This document shows positions 45,095 to 54,215 of a stretch of 64,000 bases of DNA, in pieces. The first letter of the stretch is position 1, and every line of letters begins with the position of its first letter. Location of the stretch: NCBI GenBank assembly GCA_030583765.1, contig CP129474.1:73709-137708 (forward strand), given 5' to 3'. The DNA comes from Minisyncoccota bacterium (GTDB lineage Bacteria; Patescibacteriota; Minisyncoccia; 2-02-FULL-40-12; GWA2-44-9). Under the pieces are notes generated by a model. That model ran no database searches. It saw only the letters and a list, made by a program, of their open reading frames with translations, and was not told the origin of the DNA. The translations under genes were made by a program, and so were the position numbers.

Positions 45095-45385
45095 CTACTC
45101 TTTAGGCGCGCCCCACTGCCAGCGCGGCTTTTCCCCTGTCGCATATGCTACGCATAAAAACGCAGCGGTGAGCACAAGGACGGGAATCACGAACTCTCGC
45201 ATGTTTGCTTGTATCGGAAGCGACGCGTCAATAAATCTGCTCAAGCGAATCACCAACCCAATATATATAAGAGTCACGAGCCACCCCTGCCACCGCACTG
45301 GTGTCCAGCCCCACCCGTACCACTTCCGCTTAAACCACAAACGATCGGGATTTTCGTGTATATAGCGAAGATAGGTTTTGATCAT
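45095..45385 (-). CDS. Small membrane protein, 96 aa
   Basis: Two TM helices (WLVTLIYIGLVI..., VIPVLVLTAAFLCVAY). Confidence 0.45.
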   Translation of the reverse strand: MIKTYLRYIHENPDRLWFKRKWYGWGWTPVRWQGWLVTLIYIGLVIRLSRFIDASLPIQANMREFVIPVLVLTAAFLCVAYATGEKPRWQWGAPKE

Positions 45386-45413
45386 AGAACAGGGGTATAT
45401 GCCCTCTTCTATT

Positions 45414-46880
45414 CTACTCCCCTAATTCCAAAATTTCATCAATCCGAATTTGGTGCACAAACTCTGGCACGTGACTCACGAGAATCATCGCACCTTGGTA
45501 TGCATCGAGCGCCTTTGCAATCACGGGAATATGGCGGAAGTTTATGTGGTTTGTGGGTTCATCTAAAATTAAGAGGCCGGGCTTCTGGAGCACGAGATGA
45601 ATAAACGCCACCAATCCCTTCTGGCCCTCAGACAAACTCCCGATTTTTGTGAAAATAGTATCTCCGGTGATGAGAAAACTCGCCGCAACACCGCGCAGCT
45701 CCTCGTCACTCAGTCCGGTGCCCAACTCTTTTAAAGATTCGAGCACAGTACGGTCAAAGGGCAGCGTTGAGAAGTCCTGACGGTAGTACCCGATCTTCAC
45801 TCCCGGTGCGATAACCGCACCTTTTGCCTTTCCAGACGCAAGCGCCTCTAGGAGCGTACTCTTTCCAATGCCGTTCGGGCCAGAAAGTAACAAGTGCCGA
45901 TTTTTGTGAAGTACAACGTTTACTTTTTTAGTCGTCGCTTTGTGGTTCTTGATCACCGAGACGGAAGAAATACTCACCACGGGCCCAATCAGTCCCTGCT
46001 GTGCAGGGATGGTGAACGGACGGATAGTTTTGTCTTCTTTGCGCACGTCTACCTGTGACTCTTCCATTTCTGCCGCATCTTCACGCATGCGTTTTGCAAG
46101 CAAGCGCAAGCGACCACCCTTCATGGCAAAGTAGTTCGCCTTCTCTTTCTTCTCTATAGCCTCTTTCGCCAGCCGGGCGTTTTTACTGTTTTCTTTTTCG
46201 ATACGCGCGGCAATTTGTTCAACGACATCAAAGTAGTTGCCTTGGTACTGCTCAATTTTGCGCGTAAAGACATCAAGATACAGCACGCCATCGGTAAACG
46301 CGTTCAAAAAGTCTGCATCGTGAGAAATAACAACGCACGTTTTCTTATACTGCACCAAAAACTGCCGCAGATGCGCAATCCCCTCTTTGTCTAAATTATT
46401 TGTTGGCTCATCTAACAGAAGTACATCTGCGTCTTGAATAAGCGCGGATGCGAGCAAGAGACGGGCCTGTTGGCCTCCAGAAAAAGAGCGCACGATACGA
46501 TCGTGTGGCGCATGGAGATTCACCACTTCAAGCACGGCGTCGATTTTGGGATCGATATCATGCACTTTGTGCGCAAAGCATTGCTGGAAAAATTCTCGCA
46601 CCGTCATGTCCAACTGATCTCTCGCTATAACCTGACGAGCCATGGCAATCGTAAGCCCTGGTGCACGATGCACCGAACCAGATTCCGGAACCAGCGCGCC
46701 CGCGTGTCCTGATGGTGTCATGAGATGAAACAACGTGCTTTTACCAGCACCATTTTGCCCCATGATGGTTATTTTGGCACCGCGACGAATGGAAAAATCT
46801 ACCTCGGAAAGGATTGGTTTCTTGTGCCCATATTCAAAGGACACTTTCTCAAAACGAATAATAGATTCCCCGTGTGCCAT
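45414..46880 (-). CDS. ABC-F family ATPase with two ABC domains and no TM domain
   Basis: Two Walker A sites (GQNGAGKST; GPNGIGKST) and two signature/Walker B pairs (LSGGQQARL...LLLDEPTNNLD; LSEGQKGLV...LILDEPTNHIN). Confidence 0.85.
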   Translation of the reverse strand: MAHGESIIRFEKVSFEYGHKKPILSEVDFSIRRGAKITIMGQNGAGKSTLFHLMTPSGHAGALVPESGSVHRAPGLTIAMARQVIARDQLDMTVREFFQQCFAHKVHDIDPKIDAVLEVVNLHAPHDRIVRSFSGGQQARLLLASALIQDADVLLLDEPTNNLDKEGIAHLRQFLVQYKKTCVVISHDADFLNAFTDGVLYLDVFTRKIEQYQGNYFDVVEQIAARIEKENSKNARLAKEAIEKKEKANYFAMKGGRLRLLAKRMREDAAEMEESQVDVRKEDKTIRPFTIPAQQGLIGPVVSISSVSVIKNHKATTKKVNVVLHKNRHLLLSGPNGIGKSTLLEALASGKAKGAVIAPGVKIGYYRQDFSTLPFDRTVLESLKELGTGLSDEELRGVAASFLITGDTIFTKIGSLSEGQKGLVAFIHLVLQKPGLLILDEPTNHINFRHIPVIAKALDAYQGAMILVSHVPEFVHQIRIDEILELGE

Positions 46881-47093
46881 GGCCTAAAAAGAGAGGAGAG
46901 TATGCCATATTTTTTCACCGCAGTAAAGCGCTTTGGTGTTATCCACAGGAATATTCTTGACGCTCCAAAATAAGAGGCGCAATATTTACATAGGGTCTGG
47001 GAGTACGGAAGTTGTACCGCAAGGGATAGCTGGGCGGCCGTACTGCAAGGGAACGTCGTGGAGTAAGTAAGATTACTCGCGTGCTCTTAGGCC

Positions 47094-47184
47094 CTACAAA
47101 AAACACCACATTGCGTGGTGCTTTTTGTTTCTCTGAAACCGAGATATCTGAGCTGTTCAGTGTTTTAGAAAACCAATACCTACT
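47094..47184. repeat. Copy 1 of a ~90-nt direct repeat: bidirectional terminator hairpin AAAAAACACCAC-attgc-GTGGTGCTTTTT plus ~55 nt
   Basis: Matches copy 2 with about 2 mismatches over about 88 nt. Confidence 0.85.
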
Positions 47185-47185
47185 T

Positions 47186-47464
47186 CTATTCTCCAAATTC
47201 TTTAAGAATCCGCTCCCCAGCACCCGGGCCCAATTCATGGATAAGATCGACAAGTTCTTGATGTGAAAAATGCGAGAGGTCGCGCATGAGCTGGCGCACC
47301 GTCTCTTCAGAAGCCCCTGCAGCTTGTCGTTCGCGGAGCCACACTATTGCCAACGTTGCGAAAGAAAGAGTACTCGCAAGAGAGCGCACTCGTTCTAACA
47401 GAGCTTCGTCCCATGCGTCACCCGAAGAAAGCACTCCTTTTGTATGAGAGATCGGAATATCCAT
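47186..47464 (-). CDS. Hypothetical protein, 92 aa
   Basis: ORF between the two repeat copies with protein-like composition. Confidence 0.4.
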   Translation of the reverse strand: MDIPISHTKGVLSSGDAWDEALLERVRSLASTLSFATLAIVWLRERQAAGASEETVRQLMRDLSHFSHQELVDLIHELGPGAGERILKEFGE

Positions 47465-47509
47465 ATAAAAATAGGGGGCAGTTTTTTGAGATGCCCAGCT
47501 CTCCTCCGA

Positions 47510-47710
47510 CTACTTGTTGCGAAGGTCCACCGTCTGCGGCAGGTCCGTGCGGATGTCCTGCGTGGTCGGCTTGGACTCGTCGTAGTCGATCTTCATGTCG
47601 GTATGATGCGGCTGATCACGCTTGCCTCGATCATCCGTATGGTACACGTCGATGTGCCGCCCGATCGGACTGTCCGAGTCGTGTGGCTTGCTTGCCTTCC
47701 AGAAGCCCAT
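47510..47710 (-). CDS. Small hydrophilic His/Asp-rich protein, 66 aa, GC3-rich
   Basis: AAGGAG SD 6 nt upstream. A TTGATT-16-TATATT promoter lies at about 47745-47780 on the minus strand. MGFWKASKPHDSDSPIGRHIDVYHTDDRGKRDQPHHTDMKIDYDESKPTTQDIRTDLPQTVDLRNK. Confidence 0.5.
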   Translation of the reverse strand: MGFWKASKPHDSDSPIGRHIDVYHTDDRGKRDQPHHTDMKIDYDESKPTTQDIRTDLPQTVDLRNK

Positions 47711-47800
47711 GGGCTTCTCCTTTTCAAAAGAACGACGTTAAACGGCCAAACGTCCTTTCCATAATATAGAATTAATCTTTTAAAAATCAATCCCCCTAGC

Positions 47801-47890
47801 AAACAAAAAACACCACATTGCGTGGTGCTTTTTGTTTCTCTCAAACCGAGATGACTGAGCTGTTCAGTGTTTTAGAAAACCAATACCTAA
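47801..47890. repeat. Copy 2 of the ~90-nt direct repeat
   Basis: See copy 1. The same terminator hairpin and trailing sequence (ctgagctgttcagtgttttagaaaaccaatacct) are present. Confidence 0.85.
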
Positions 47891-48113
47891 CTATGTTTGC
47901 TGAGGCCGAGTGACAAAATAAAGCGAAATGCTTACGAGTCTATATGCCTGAAAGATAGCTAGAATCTAACGAAATAGATACGACCTGCCTGCCGTCAGGC
48001 AGGGATACTGGCTTTCTGAAGCCCTGAAAGTGAGAGGTGGTGAGCTCTACTGCTCAGTGTGGTAATACTATCATATTTCGCTAAAAAAGTCAATACCCTC
48101 TCATGTATGCGTT

Positions 48114-48359
48114 CTACTCACTCTCTCCGCCAATACCAAGCAAGAACTTAAATCTCTTTATATCCTTGGCCTTTATTTTTATGCCGTCTTTTGTCGAAAT
48201 GACGAGCACTCTTTTCCAAATCCATATTCGCATGTAGTAATCGGAGATTTTTTTAGGGAGAAGAAATTGTGAAACACGACGCTCGTTCAACCCCTCTTCT
48301 ATTTCTGTGGAAAAGAAGCTGCCATTTCCTATTCCCATCTCGGCAAAAAGATACTTCAT
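48114..48359 (-). CDS. Hypothetical protein, 81 aa, in a locally AT-rich segment; may be a gene fragment
   Basis: ORF in an AT-rich segment (~48110-48370) that contrasts with the neighbouring sequence. Confidence 0.35.
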   Translation of the reverse strand: MKYLFAEMGIGNGSFFSTEIEEGLNERRVSQFLLPKKISDYYMRIWIWKRVLVISTKDGIKIKAKDIKRFKFLLGIGGESE

Positions 48360-48365
48360 AGCAAT

Positions 48366-48875
48366 CTATCGAGAAACCTCTTTTAGGACATTATTCTCTA
48401 TACGGAACATTCGAGAGACCCCAACCGAAGGGTCAGCAGTCATAGGCTCTCCAGGCTTTCGGTCTGCGTAATTCACGATAATAACGCCGTCGCGCAATTC
48501 AGTTGTTTGCGGTGCGATGCGATCACCTAATAAGAGAGCATTCGTGCCCACGTAACCACTCTCGAAACCACGGGCAACGGCGATGTAGTAAAAGGTACCC
48601 GTGCCGCCAGGCTGCTGCGCCAAGATGAACGCGACATCCGCGATGCCGTCGCCTGACATGTCCCCCGTCACTTCGTTGCCAAACTCTTGTGTAATAACGC
48701 CATCAGATTCCGCGGCACCATCTACTAATTGCACGCGCGTACCTTCTATAACATACGCCGCATTTCCGTAATCACTCGCATATCCAGGAATGGTGTCCCC
48801 TTTTTGCCATAGTAACCAACCACCGCACATAACAACAATAAGAAGAATGATATAACGCATACCCAATACTACCAT
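48366..48875 (-). CDS. Membrane-anchored hypothetical protein
   Basis: TM helix YIILLIVVMCGGWLLW, then a soluble domain. The start was chosen at an internal Met to limit overlap with pyrD. Confidence 0.45.
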   Translation of the reverse strand: MVVLGMRYIILLIVVMCGGWLLWQKGDTIPGYASDYGNAAYVIEGTRVQLVDGAAESDGVITQEFGNEVTGDMSGDGIADVAFILAQQPGGTGTFYYIAVARGFESGYVGTNALLLGDRIAPQTTELRDGVIIVNYADRKPGEPMTADPSVGVSRMFRIENNVLKEVSR

Positions 48876-48879
48876 ACGT

Positions 48880-50007
48880 TTAACGATGCGCCGCTCCCAC
48901 CGCTTCATGAATGTGCGCGTATCCGTCTCGCTTTAAGAGGCGCACTAATCCTTTATTAATCTCTCCAATCCGCTGTGGGCCGAAGTAGACCATGCCCGTG
49001 ATCATCTGCACGAGCGATGCGCCAAGGCGGATTTTTTCATACGCATCCTCTGCGGTAAATATACCGCCGCATCCAATGATGATAAAACGCTTGCCGTAAT
49101 GTTGCGCCACGTGGCTAATCAACGCGTTTGCCCCCTCGCGCGTTGGCGCACCGCTGAAATTACCCTTGCCCGCACTCGCGACTTCCTGCGGATCAAGGCG
49201 CGGGTTACTGCGATCCTTCACCAGATTCGAAAACACAAACCCGCGAATAAACATAAACGGCTCTGCAACCGCAACCAGTGCATCTATTTCTTCGCGCGTG
49301 CGCTCAAGTGGCATTTTTATGAACACTGGGCGCGAGAGAGGAAGAGCGGAGAGTGCAGAGAGAATGCGTGCCAATCCTTCGGGCGTATCAGGGCGCTCTT
49401 GAAACGACGTCACGTGAATAAGGTTCGGACAGCTAATGTTTAATTCAAAATAGGAGAAGAGAGGATGCTCAATCGCCTTTTGAAAACCGCTCACGATGTC
49501 CGCTACCACCGCATCAAATGAAGGGTAGGGGCGATTCGTGGAACCAATGCTTATCCCCACTGGCCCCCGAGCATGTAGCGGCACCTGAGAAAGGATGTGC
49601 TCCACACCGGCGTTCTTAAACCCCTTGTTCACTAACAGGGCCTGCGAGCGAGGCAGGCGGCCTAGCATGGGGCGCGGGTTACCCTCATAGGGAAGATGGG
49701 TGACCGTGCCAATGGTATGAAACCCAAATCCCACGCTTGGGATAATATGAATAAGTCGCCCGTTGTAATCAAAACCAGCAGCCAGCCCAACAGGATTTTG
49801 GAAAGAGATGCCTGCGACCTCGGTCTGTAGACTCGGGTGCGCGAAAGAGAGAAACGCACCCGCGATGCCGCGCGTGAACGAAAAGCGCCCAAACCACTCC
49901 CCCATGGTAAGCGCCCACTCATGCACGAGATCTGCCGGAAACAAAAACAGAATAGGTTTTACAATGTGGCGGTAAAGGACGCCAATCGCGAATGCCATGC
50001 CTCCCAA
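48880..50007 (-). CDS. pyrD: Dihydroorotate dehydrogenase (quinone), class 2
   Basis: N-terminal membrane-association region. ...NPVGLAAGFDYNG...IIIGCGGIFTAEDA... are the DHODH FMN-binding motifs. Confidence 0.85.
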   Translation of the reverse strand: MGGMAFAIGVLYRHIVKPILFLFPADLVHEWALTMGEWFGRFSFTRGIAGAFLSFAHPSLQTEVAGISFQNPVGLAAGFDYNGRLIHIIPSVGFGFHTIGTVTHLPYEGNPRPMLGRLPRSQALLVNKGFKNAGVEHILSQVPLHARGPVGISIGSTNRPYPSFDAVVADIVSGFQKAIEHPLFSYFELNISCPNLIHVTSFQERPDTPEGLARILSALSALPLSRPVFIKMPLERTREEIDALVAVAEPFMFIRGFVFSNLVKDRSNPRLDPQEVASAGKGNFSGAPTREGANALISHVAQHYGKRFIIIGCGGIFTAEDAYEKIRLGASLVQMITGMVYFGPQRIGEINKGLVRLLKRDGYAHIHEAVGAAHR

Positions 50008-50036
50008 CTGTACGCCTCTTAGAAATCCCCTGCAAG

Positions 50037-50459
50037 CTACTTTCCGCTCGAACCAAAGCCATTCGCACCACGTTTAGTTGCGGAAAGGGAGGCAACTTTT
50101 TTAAGAGAAACATGCTCCACTTTTTGTATAAGCATCTGCGCTACTTTATGTCCGGCTTCGAGCGTTACGGCTTTCGTGCCAAGGTTGATGATCCCCACCT
50201 GTACTTCACCCCGATAGCCAGAATCAATCACGCCGCCCATCACCTTGAGCCCATGCTTTGTTGCGAGTCCGCTTTTGTCCCAAATAAGCCCCACTGTACC
50301 CCGTGGAAGCGCCATTGCGATCCCCGTAGGCACCACCACAAGCTGTTTTGGTTTTATCACCACGCGCGTAACCGTATAGAGATCCATGCCCGCATCACCG
50401 CTGTTAGCATAGCTGGGCATCATGGCGTCTGAGCGCAAAAGCTGAATATTGAGTTTCAT
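50037..50459 (-). CDS. dut: dUTP diphosphatase
   Basis: ...SGDAGMDLYT...GVIDSGYRGEVQVGIINLG... are dUTPase motifs. Confidence 0.88.
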   Translation of the reverse strand: MKLNIQLLRSDAMMPSYANSGDAGMDLYTVTRVVIKPKQLVVVPTGIAMALPRGTVGLIWDKSGLATKHGLKVMGGVIDSGYRGEVQVGIINLGTKAVTLEAGHKVAQMLIQKVEHVSLKKVASLSATKRGANGFGSSGK

Positions 50460-50470
50460 AATGTGTGAGG

Positions 50471-51505
50471 TTACTTCTTTTGGTTTGGCATCTCACTAAA
50501 ATCGTTTGCTATCCTACGAAAAGCACCTTTTCCTAAAATACCCTCCACAATGCGTGCTAATGGGAGATAGCGTCCAGAAAAATGTGCTTTCGCAAATTCG
50601 GCAAAAATATCAGACCGCTGCATATATACGCCCTGTGATTTCTCTACAAGCTCGTCAAGGAGCGCATTAAACTTTTTGCGCTCGAAATATCTTTCTTTCA
50701 TTTCAACGGCTCCGTGTTGTTTCATTCCATCAATAAGACCCGCGGCGTATGCAGGCCATTTATCTTCGGACGGATATGCTGCTTTAATTGTTTCAAGCGT
50801 ACGGATCGGATCCTCTACATATTCCGTTTCCTCTGCATACTCCTGCATCTGCTGCTGCGTCCAACCTAGACGCTGATGGTATGCATTCGCCAAATCATGC
50901 AATTCTTTCATAGCTTTATATTCTTCGCCAAAAAAGCCACGTTCCCCCAACATTGCCACCAGCTGTGATGCGCATTCTGTAACAATAGCCTCTTCAAGCT
51001 GAGCAAAGTACTCTTTTTCATCACCAAGCTCTACGGAAGAATCTTTTTGATCAATCATTTGAATGCCACTACGATAGAGAGCCCCCTCACCATCGGGTCG
51101 AATATAAAAAGATTTAAAGCCTTTTGCGTGAAAGAGCTCGTGTGCAAGGCTTCCACAGAAAGGAATTTTTGATGATCGCTTCTCTACGCCAACATGGAGA
51201 GAAAGGGGTTTATGGATACCATCACGAAGCTTTCCCCGTGTAAGTTCAAATACAGCGCCCGGCTTAAGAATGTGTATATTTTCTATCGGCAAATGCTTCG
51301 CCGCGCCTCCATATAGTACAGCGATCTCATCTACTAGTCCTTGAACCTCCCTTATAACTGCGAGATCTTCCGGCGTCTTTTCCAGCTCAAATGGCGCGAA
51401 GGCTTCGGGGGGATTTGAAAAAAGATTTTGGAGAAATTCAGAAACCTCTTCTTTATCTTTTTCGCTCCCGCCGACGATGTGCTCAAAGTGAGTTTTTTCT
51501 CCCAT
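50471..51505 (-). CDS. Hypothetical protein with an HExxH motif (SLAHELFHAKG), possible zinc metallopeptidase-like
   Basis: The motif was read from the ORF. No further family assignment. Confidence 0.4.
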   Translation of the reverse strand: MGEKTHFEHIVGGSEKDKEEVSEFLQNLFSNPPEAFAPFELEKTPEDLAVIREVQGLVDEIAVLYGGAAKHLPIENIHILKPGAVFELTRGKLRDGIHKPLSLHVGVEKRSSKIPFCGSLAHELFHAKGFKSFYIRPDGEGALYRSGIQMIDQKDSSVELGDEKEYFAQLEEAIVTECASQLVAMLGERGFFGEEYKAMKELHDLANAYHQRLGWTQQQMQEYAEETEYVEDPIRTLETIKAAYPSEDKWPAYAAGLIDGMKQHGAVEMKERYFERKKFNALLDELVEKSQGVYMQRSDIFAEFAKAHFSGRYLPLARIVEGILGKGAFRRIANDFSEMPNQKK

Positions 51506-51509
51506 GTTT

Positions 51510-52595
51510 TTATAGTCCGTTTATCTGTGCCATTGTACCAAGAAAATGCGCGTAGCGCTCGCCTGCCTCGTGCACTGCAGTTTTTACTTTTGCAGAAGGT
51601 TTATCAAAAAAGTGTAGTGAAATCTGCACCGCATCTTTTACGATCGCCCGCTTCCATGTGCCCAGCACTTGCCCATCAACCACGATAATAGGTTGCAACA
51701 TGCCATTGGCGCCTGGGTTAATGTGGTGCGCATGCAATGCCTCCAGCGAAGCACTACGGTCGCGGTAGGCAACAAAAAATTCATCAAACGCCGGAAGGAG
51801 AAATGCGGTGCCCGTTACCTTAGGAACGGCTCGCTGTGGCGCCATCCAATAGGTTGCGCCTTCAACCTCTACACTCGCCAGCGCTTTCCCCGCGTGCGCA
51901 ATCCCCGCACGAACATCTTTCAGAGCAAGCCCCGACCACCATGCGAGATCCTTTTCTTGCGCAGGACCGTGGCTGGTAAAGTAGCGAATCGCCAATTCAC
52001 GCAATGCGTCATCTCGCTCGCGCGGCTTTCCTTTGCGAGGCACCCATTCATCTAACAGCACCAGCGTTTGTTGCTTGCCTCGTCGCGGACCAAAACAGAG
52101 CAGTTGCTCATGCGCTAAGCGCCCAATGATGTGTAAACCCAAACTTGCTCGCCTTGCAGGAATACCCGCCGCCTCGAGAATGGCGTAGAGTTCTTCGCGC
52201 ACCAGCGCCTTACCGCCCTTCAGCGCTTTTTCAAAAAGCATTCTGCTTTTGTCATAGGTTGCCGTGGTAATCCCGTGAAAACGCATGCGGTGCCCATAGG
52301 CGGAGAGGACGCGGGGAGTCATGAGATCGAGCATCCAGCGCACGTCTTCCCGCGCAACAAAGTGAAGCGTGGAACGCATAGGCCACGTACGCACAATGCT
52401 CCCCTCTGCAAGTGCATCAAGAATAGTCTGTTCGTTCGCACGTTTCATGCGCAAACCCACAGCCCAGAACGCGCTGGGGAGATCTTGCGCCTGTACGGCA
52501 CCCAAGTGGTGCACCACGTCTTTAGGCTTATGAAATGGCGCACTCCCGATGTGCTGGTTCTGCAACCGAATGAGTGCAATGTCAGAAATATCCAT
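51510..52595 (-). CDS. Winged-helix DNA-binding protein of the YcaQ/DUF1006 family (DNA crosslink glycosylase-like)
   Basis: The overall pattern, including ...AFLLPAFDEFFVAYRDRS..., is typical of the YcaQ family. Confidence 0.45.
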   Translation of the reverse strand: MDISDIALIRLQNQHIGSAPFHKPKDVVHHLGAVQAQDLPSAFWAVGLRMKRANEQTILDALAEGSIVRTWPMRSTLHFVAREDVRWMLDLMTPRVLSAYGHRMRFHGITTATYDKSRMLFEKALKGGKALVREELYAILEAAGIPARRASLGLHIIGRLAHEQLLCFGPRRGKQQTLVLLDEWVPRKGKPRERDDALRELAIRYFTSHGPAQEKDLAWWSGLALKDVRAGIAHAGKALASVEVEGATYWMAPQRAVPKVTGTAFLLPAFDEFFVAYRDRSASLEALHAHHINPGANGMLQPIIVVDGQVLGTWKRAIVKDAVQISLHFFDKPSAKVKTAVHEAGERYAHFLGTMAQINGL

Positions 52596-52846
52596 TAGGC
52601 AGACATTGAGCCGGCGAGTTTCTGTGCTAGCTCCTTTTGAATCTTCTCGCGAGCTTCTTTCAAAAGCGCCACAACCACGGTTGACTGCGTGCGCGCATCA
52701 AGTTGGTCATTGAGCGCAAGATGAGTTACTTCGAAATCACCTCGCATAGAAAGCTTCACGCCACGTCGCTCCACCACAACAACGTGCTTTTTGATTTCTT
52801 CCTGCATCTTTCGCAACTCCATGATTTGTTTCAGTTGGTCAAACAT
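52595..52846 (-). CDS. YbaB/EbfC-family nucleoid-associated protein
   Basis: MFDQLKQIMELRKMQEEIKK...VVVVERRGVKLSMRGDFEVTHLALNDQL... is a YbaB-like pattern. Confidence 0.55.
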   Translation of the reverse strand: MFDQLKQIMELRKMQEEIKKHVVVVERRGVKLSMRGDFEVTHLALNDQLDARTQSTVVVALLKEAREKIQKELAQKLAGSMSA

Positions 52847-52887
52847 AGAAAAGCACTATACCGCACCCCTGCGCCGACCCGCAACCA

Positions 52888-53919
52888 CTACTGCTGATAT
52901 GCTTGGTATGAAATCGAGATGCCCAAACGTTCGCACGAAGTGATGTAGGTGTCTATAGCACGCGCAATCTGCTTGGAATCAGCCGCGTTCCGTTTCGCAC
53001 TCGCCAGTTGCACACTCAGCGTTTCTAAACTCGCAAAGCGCTCCACAACACGTAGCGTCCTTTCTGGAAGTGAGGCGGTGAAGCGCATCATGGCCATTTG
53101 CATCTTTGCAGCAATGGGAACGCCATTCACCTTCTTGCGCACCTGTTCTATGCGCTTTGCTGGGTGTGCGTCTTGTATGCCCCACTCCCGCATCTGCGCA
53201 TGCTCTTCGGCAGTTAGCGCATCGTTTACCGCGCGCTCTAAGCCTTCACGAAAACGGAGGAACGTACGCACGGCAGTATGCTCTTCATCAACGGAATATT
53301 CCCACATGCCCGTAGGGTCATAGACACGCCCACGAATTGCGGTGTCACTCTCACGAAAATGTTCCGCCGCATCAATGGCGCCGATGATATCAGTGAAGCT
53401 GGGAGGCATGGGCGCGGGTGCTTCACCGCGCGCACGCAGTGTTTCTATCTCTTCTGTGGAGTATCCCACATTGCGATATACCGAAAGCGGATGCGTGTGG
53501 CCAATGACTGGCACCCCTTCACCGCGATCCATCAGCTCTTGAATAGTAGAGAAAGAAACACCACCCCACTCGCCACGGCCTTCTGCTACACGGGTTAGTT
53601 TTGTTTCCGTGCCTAAAAACATGCGTTCACCCATGTCATAGCGAAGCATGGTGCGGATTTGTGCTTCAGTCACCACATCGGCGCTTGCTCGTTCACTGTG
53701 CGTTGTTGTTTCTGCAGAAGATTCTTCATGTGCGTGGCCCGTGTATGCCTTTGATTCCGCGCTTTCCGCGCCTTGCGCCGTTGCCACACCAAGCATGCCC
53801 ATTACCGCGGCGCGACGAAGCACATCCAACACCGGACGAATATCTTTTTTCTCTTTCTGCGGAAGCGGCATGCCCTCTTTCATGCATGCAGTATACCGCG
53901 TTCGCGTCCGCGCACACAA
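52888..53919 (-). CDS. Hypothetical protein, 343 aa; start uncertain
   Basis: Long ORF. It has an IGHTHP motif but no confident family. Confidence 0.45.
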   Translation of the reverse strand: MCARTRTRYTACMKEGMPLPQKEKKDIRPVLDVLRRAAVMGMLGVATAQGAESAESKAYTGHAHEESSAETTTHSERASADVVTEAQIRTMLRYDMGERMFLGTETKLTRVAEGRGEWGGVSFSTIQELMDRGEGVPVIGHTHPLSVYRNVGYSTEEIETLRARGEAPAPMPPSFTDIIGAIDAAEHFRESDTAIRGRVYDPTGMWEYSVDEEHTAVRTFLRFREGLERAVNDALTAEEHAQMREWGIQDAHPAKRIEQVRKKVNGVPIAAKMQMAMMRFTASLPERTLRVVERFASLETLSVQLASAKRNAADSKQIARAIDTYITSCERLGISISYQAYQQ

Positions 53920-53971
53920 TAAAAATCCCAGAGTGGAGGCCGCGCCCCACCCTGGGAAGAAGAACTACGTG

Positions 53972-54214
53972 CTACTTGCCGGACCCACCAGAGGAACCTT
54001 CGGAAATCTTGCGGGTTCCGGACGAGTCGGTCTTCCAGAGGCTCCCGTCCTTGTGCTCCGTGACGTGACCACTCGGAGTGCCGTGGTACGCACGAGTGTT
54101 CGCCTCGGGATCCGATGTGCGCGAGACACGCACCTCGGACTCCGCCACCACGTTCTTGTTGTTCCCCTGCCAGTATTTCACGTCGGCTCGTTCGGTTCTG
54201 TCCTGTTTTCCCAC
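53972..54214 (-). CDS. Small Hva1_TUDOR/DUF2945-like protein with a GTG start, GC3-rich
   Basis: AAGGAGG 6 nt before the GTG. VGKQDRTERADVKYWQGNNKNVVAESEVRVSRTSDPEANTRAYHGTPSGHVTEHKDGS... matches the DUF2945 pattern (D.V.W..G...G.V.E...). Confidence 0.45.
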   Translation of the reverse strand: MGKQDRTERADVKYWQGNNKNVVAESEVRVSRTSDPEANTRAYHGTPSGHVTEHKDGSLWKTDSSGTRKISEGSSGGSGK

Positions 54215-54215
54215 G

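Noticed and set aside
46939-47769. ORFs 46939..47253 (-) and 47347..47769 (+)
   Set aside because: They run across the 90-nt repeat/terminator or antisense to the two small SD-bearing genes, with low-complexity Pro/Cys/Ala-rich translations.
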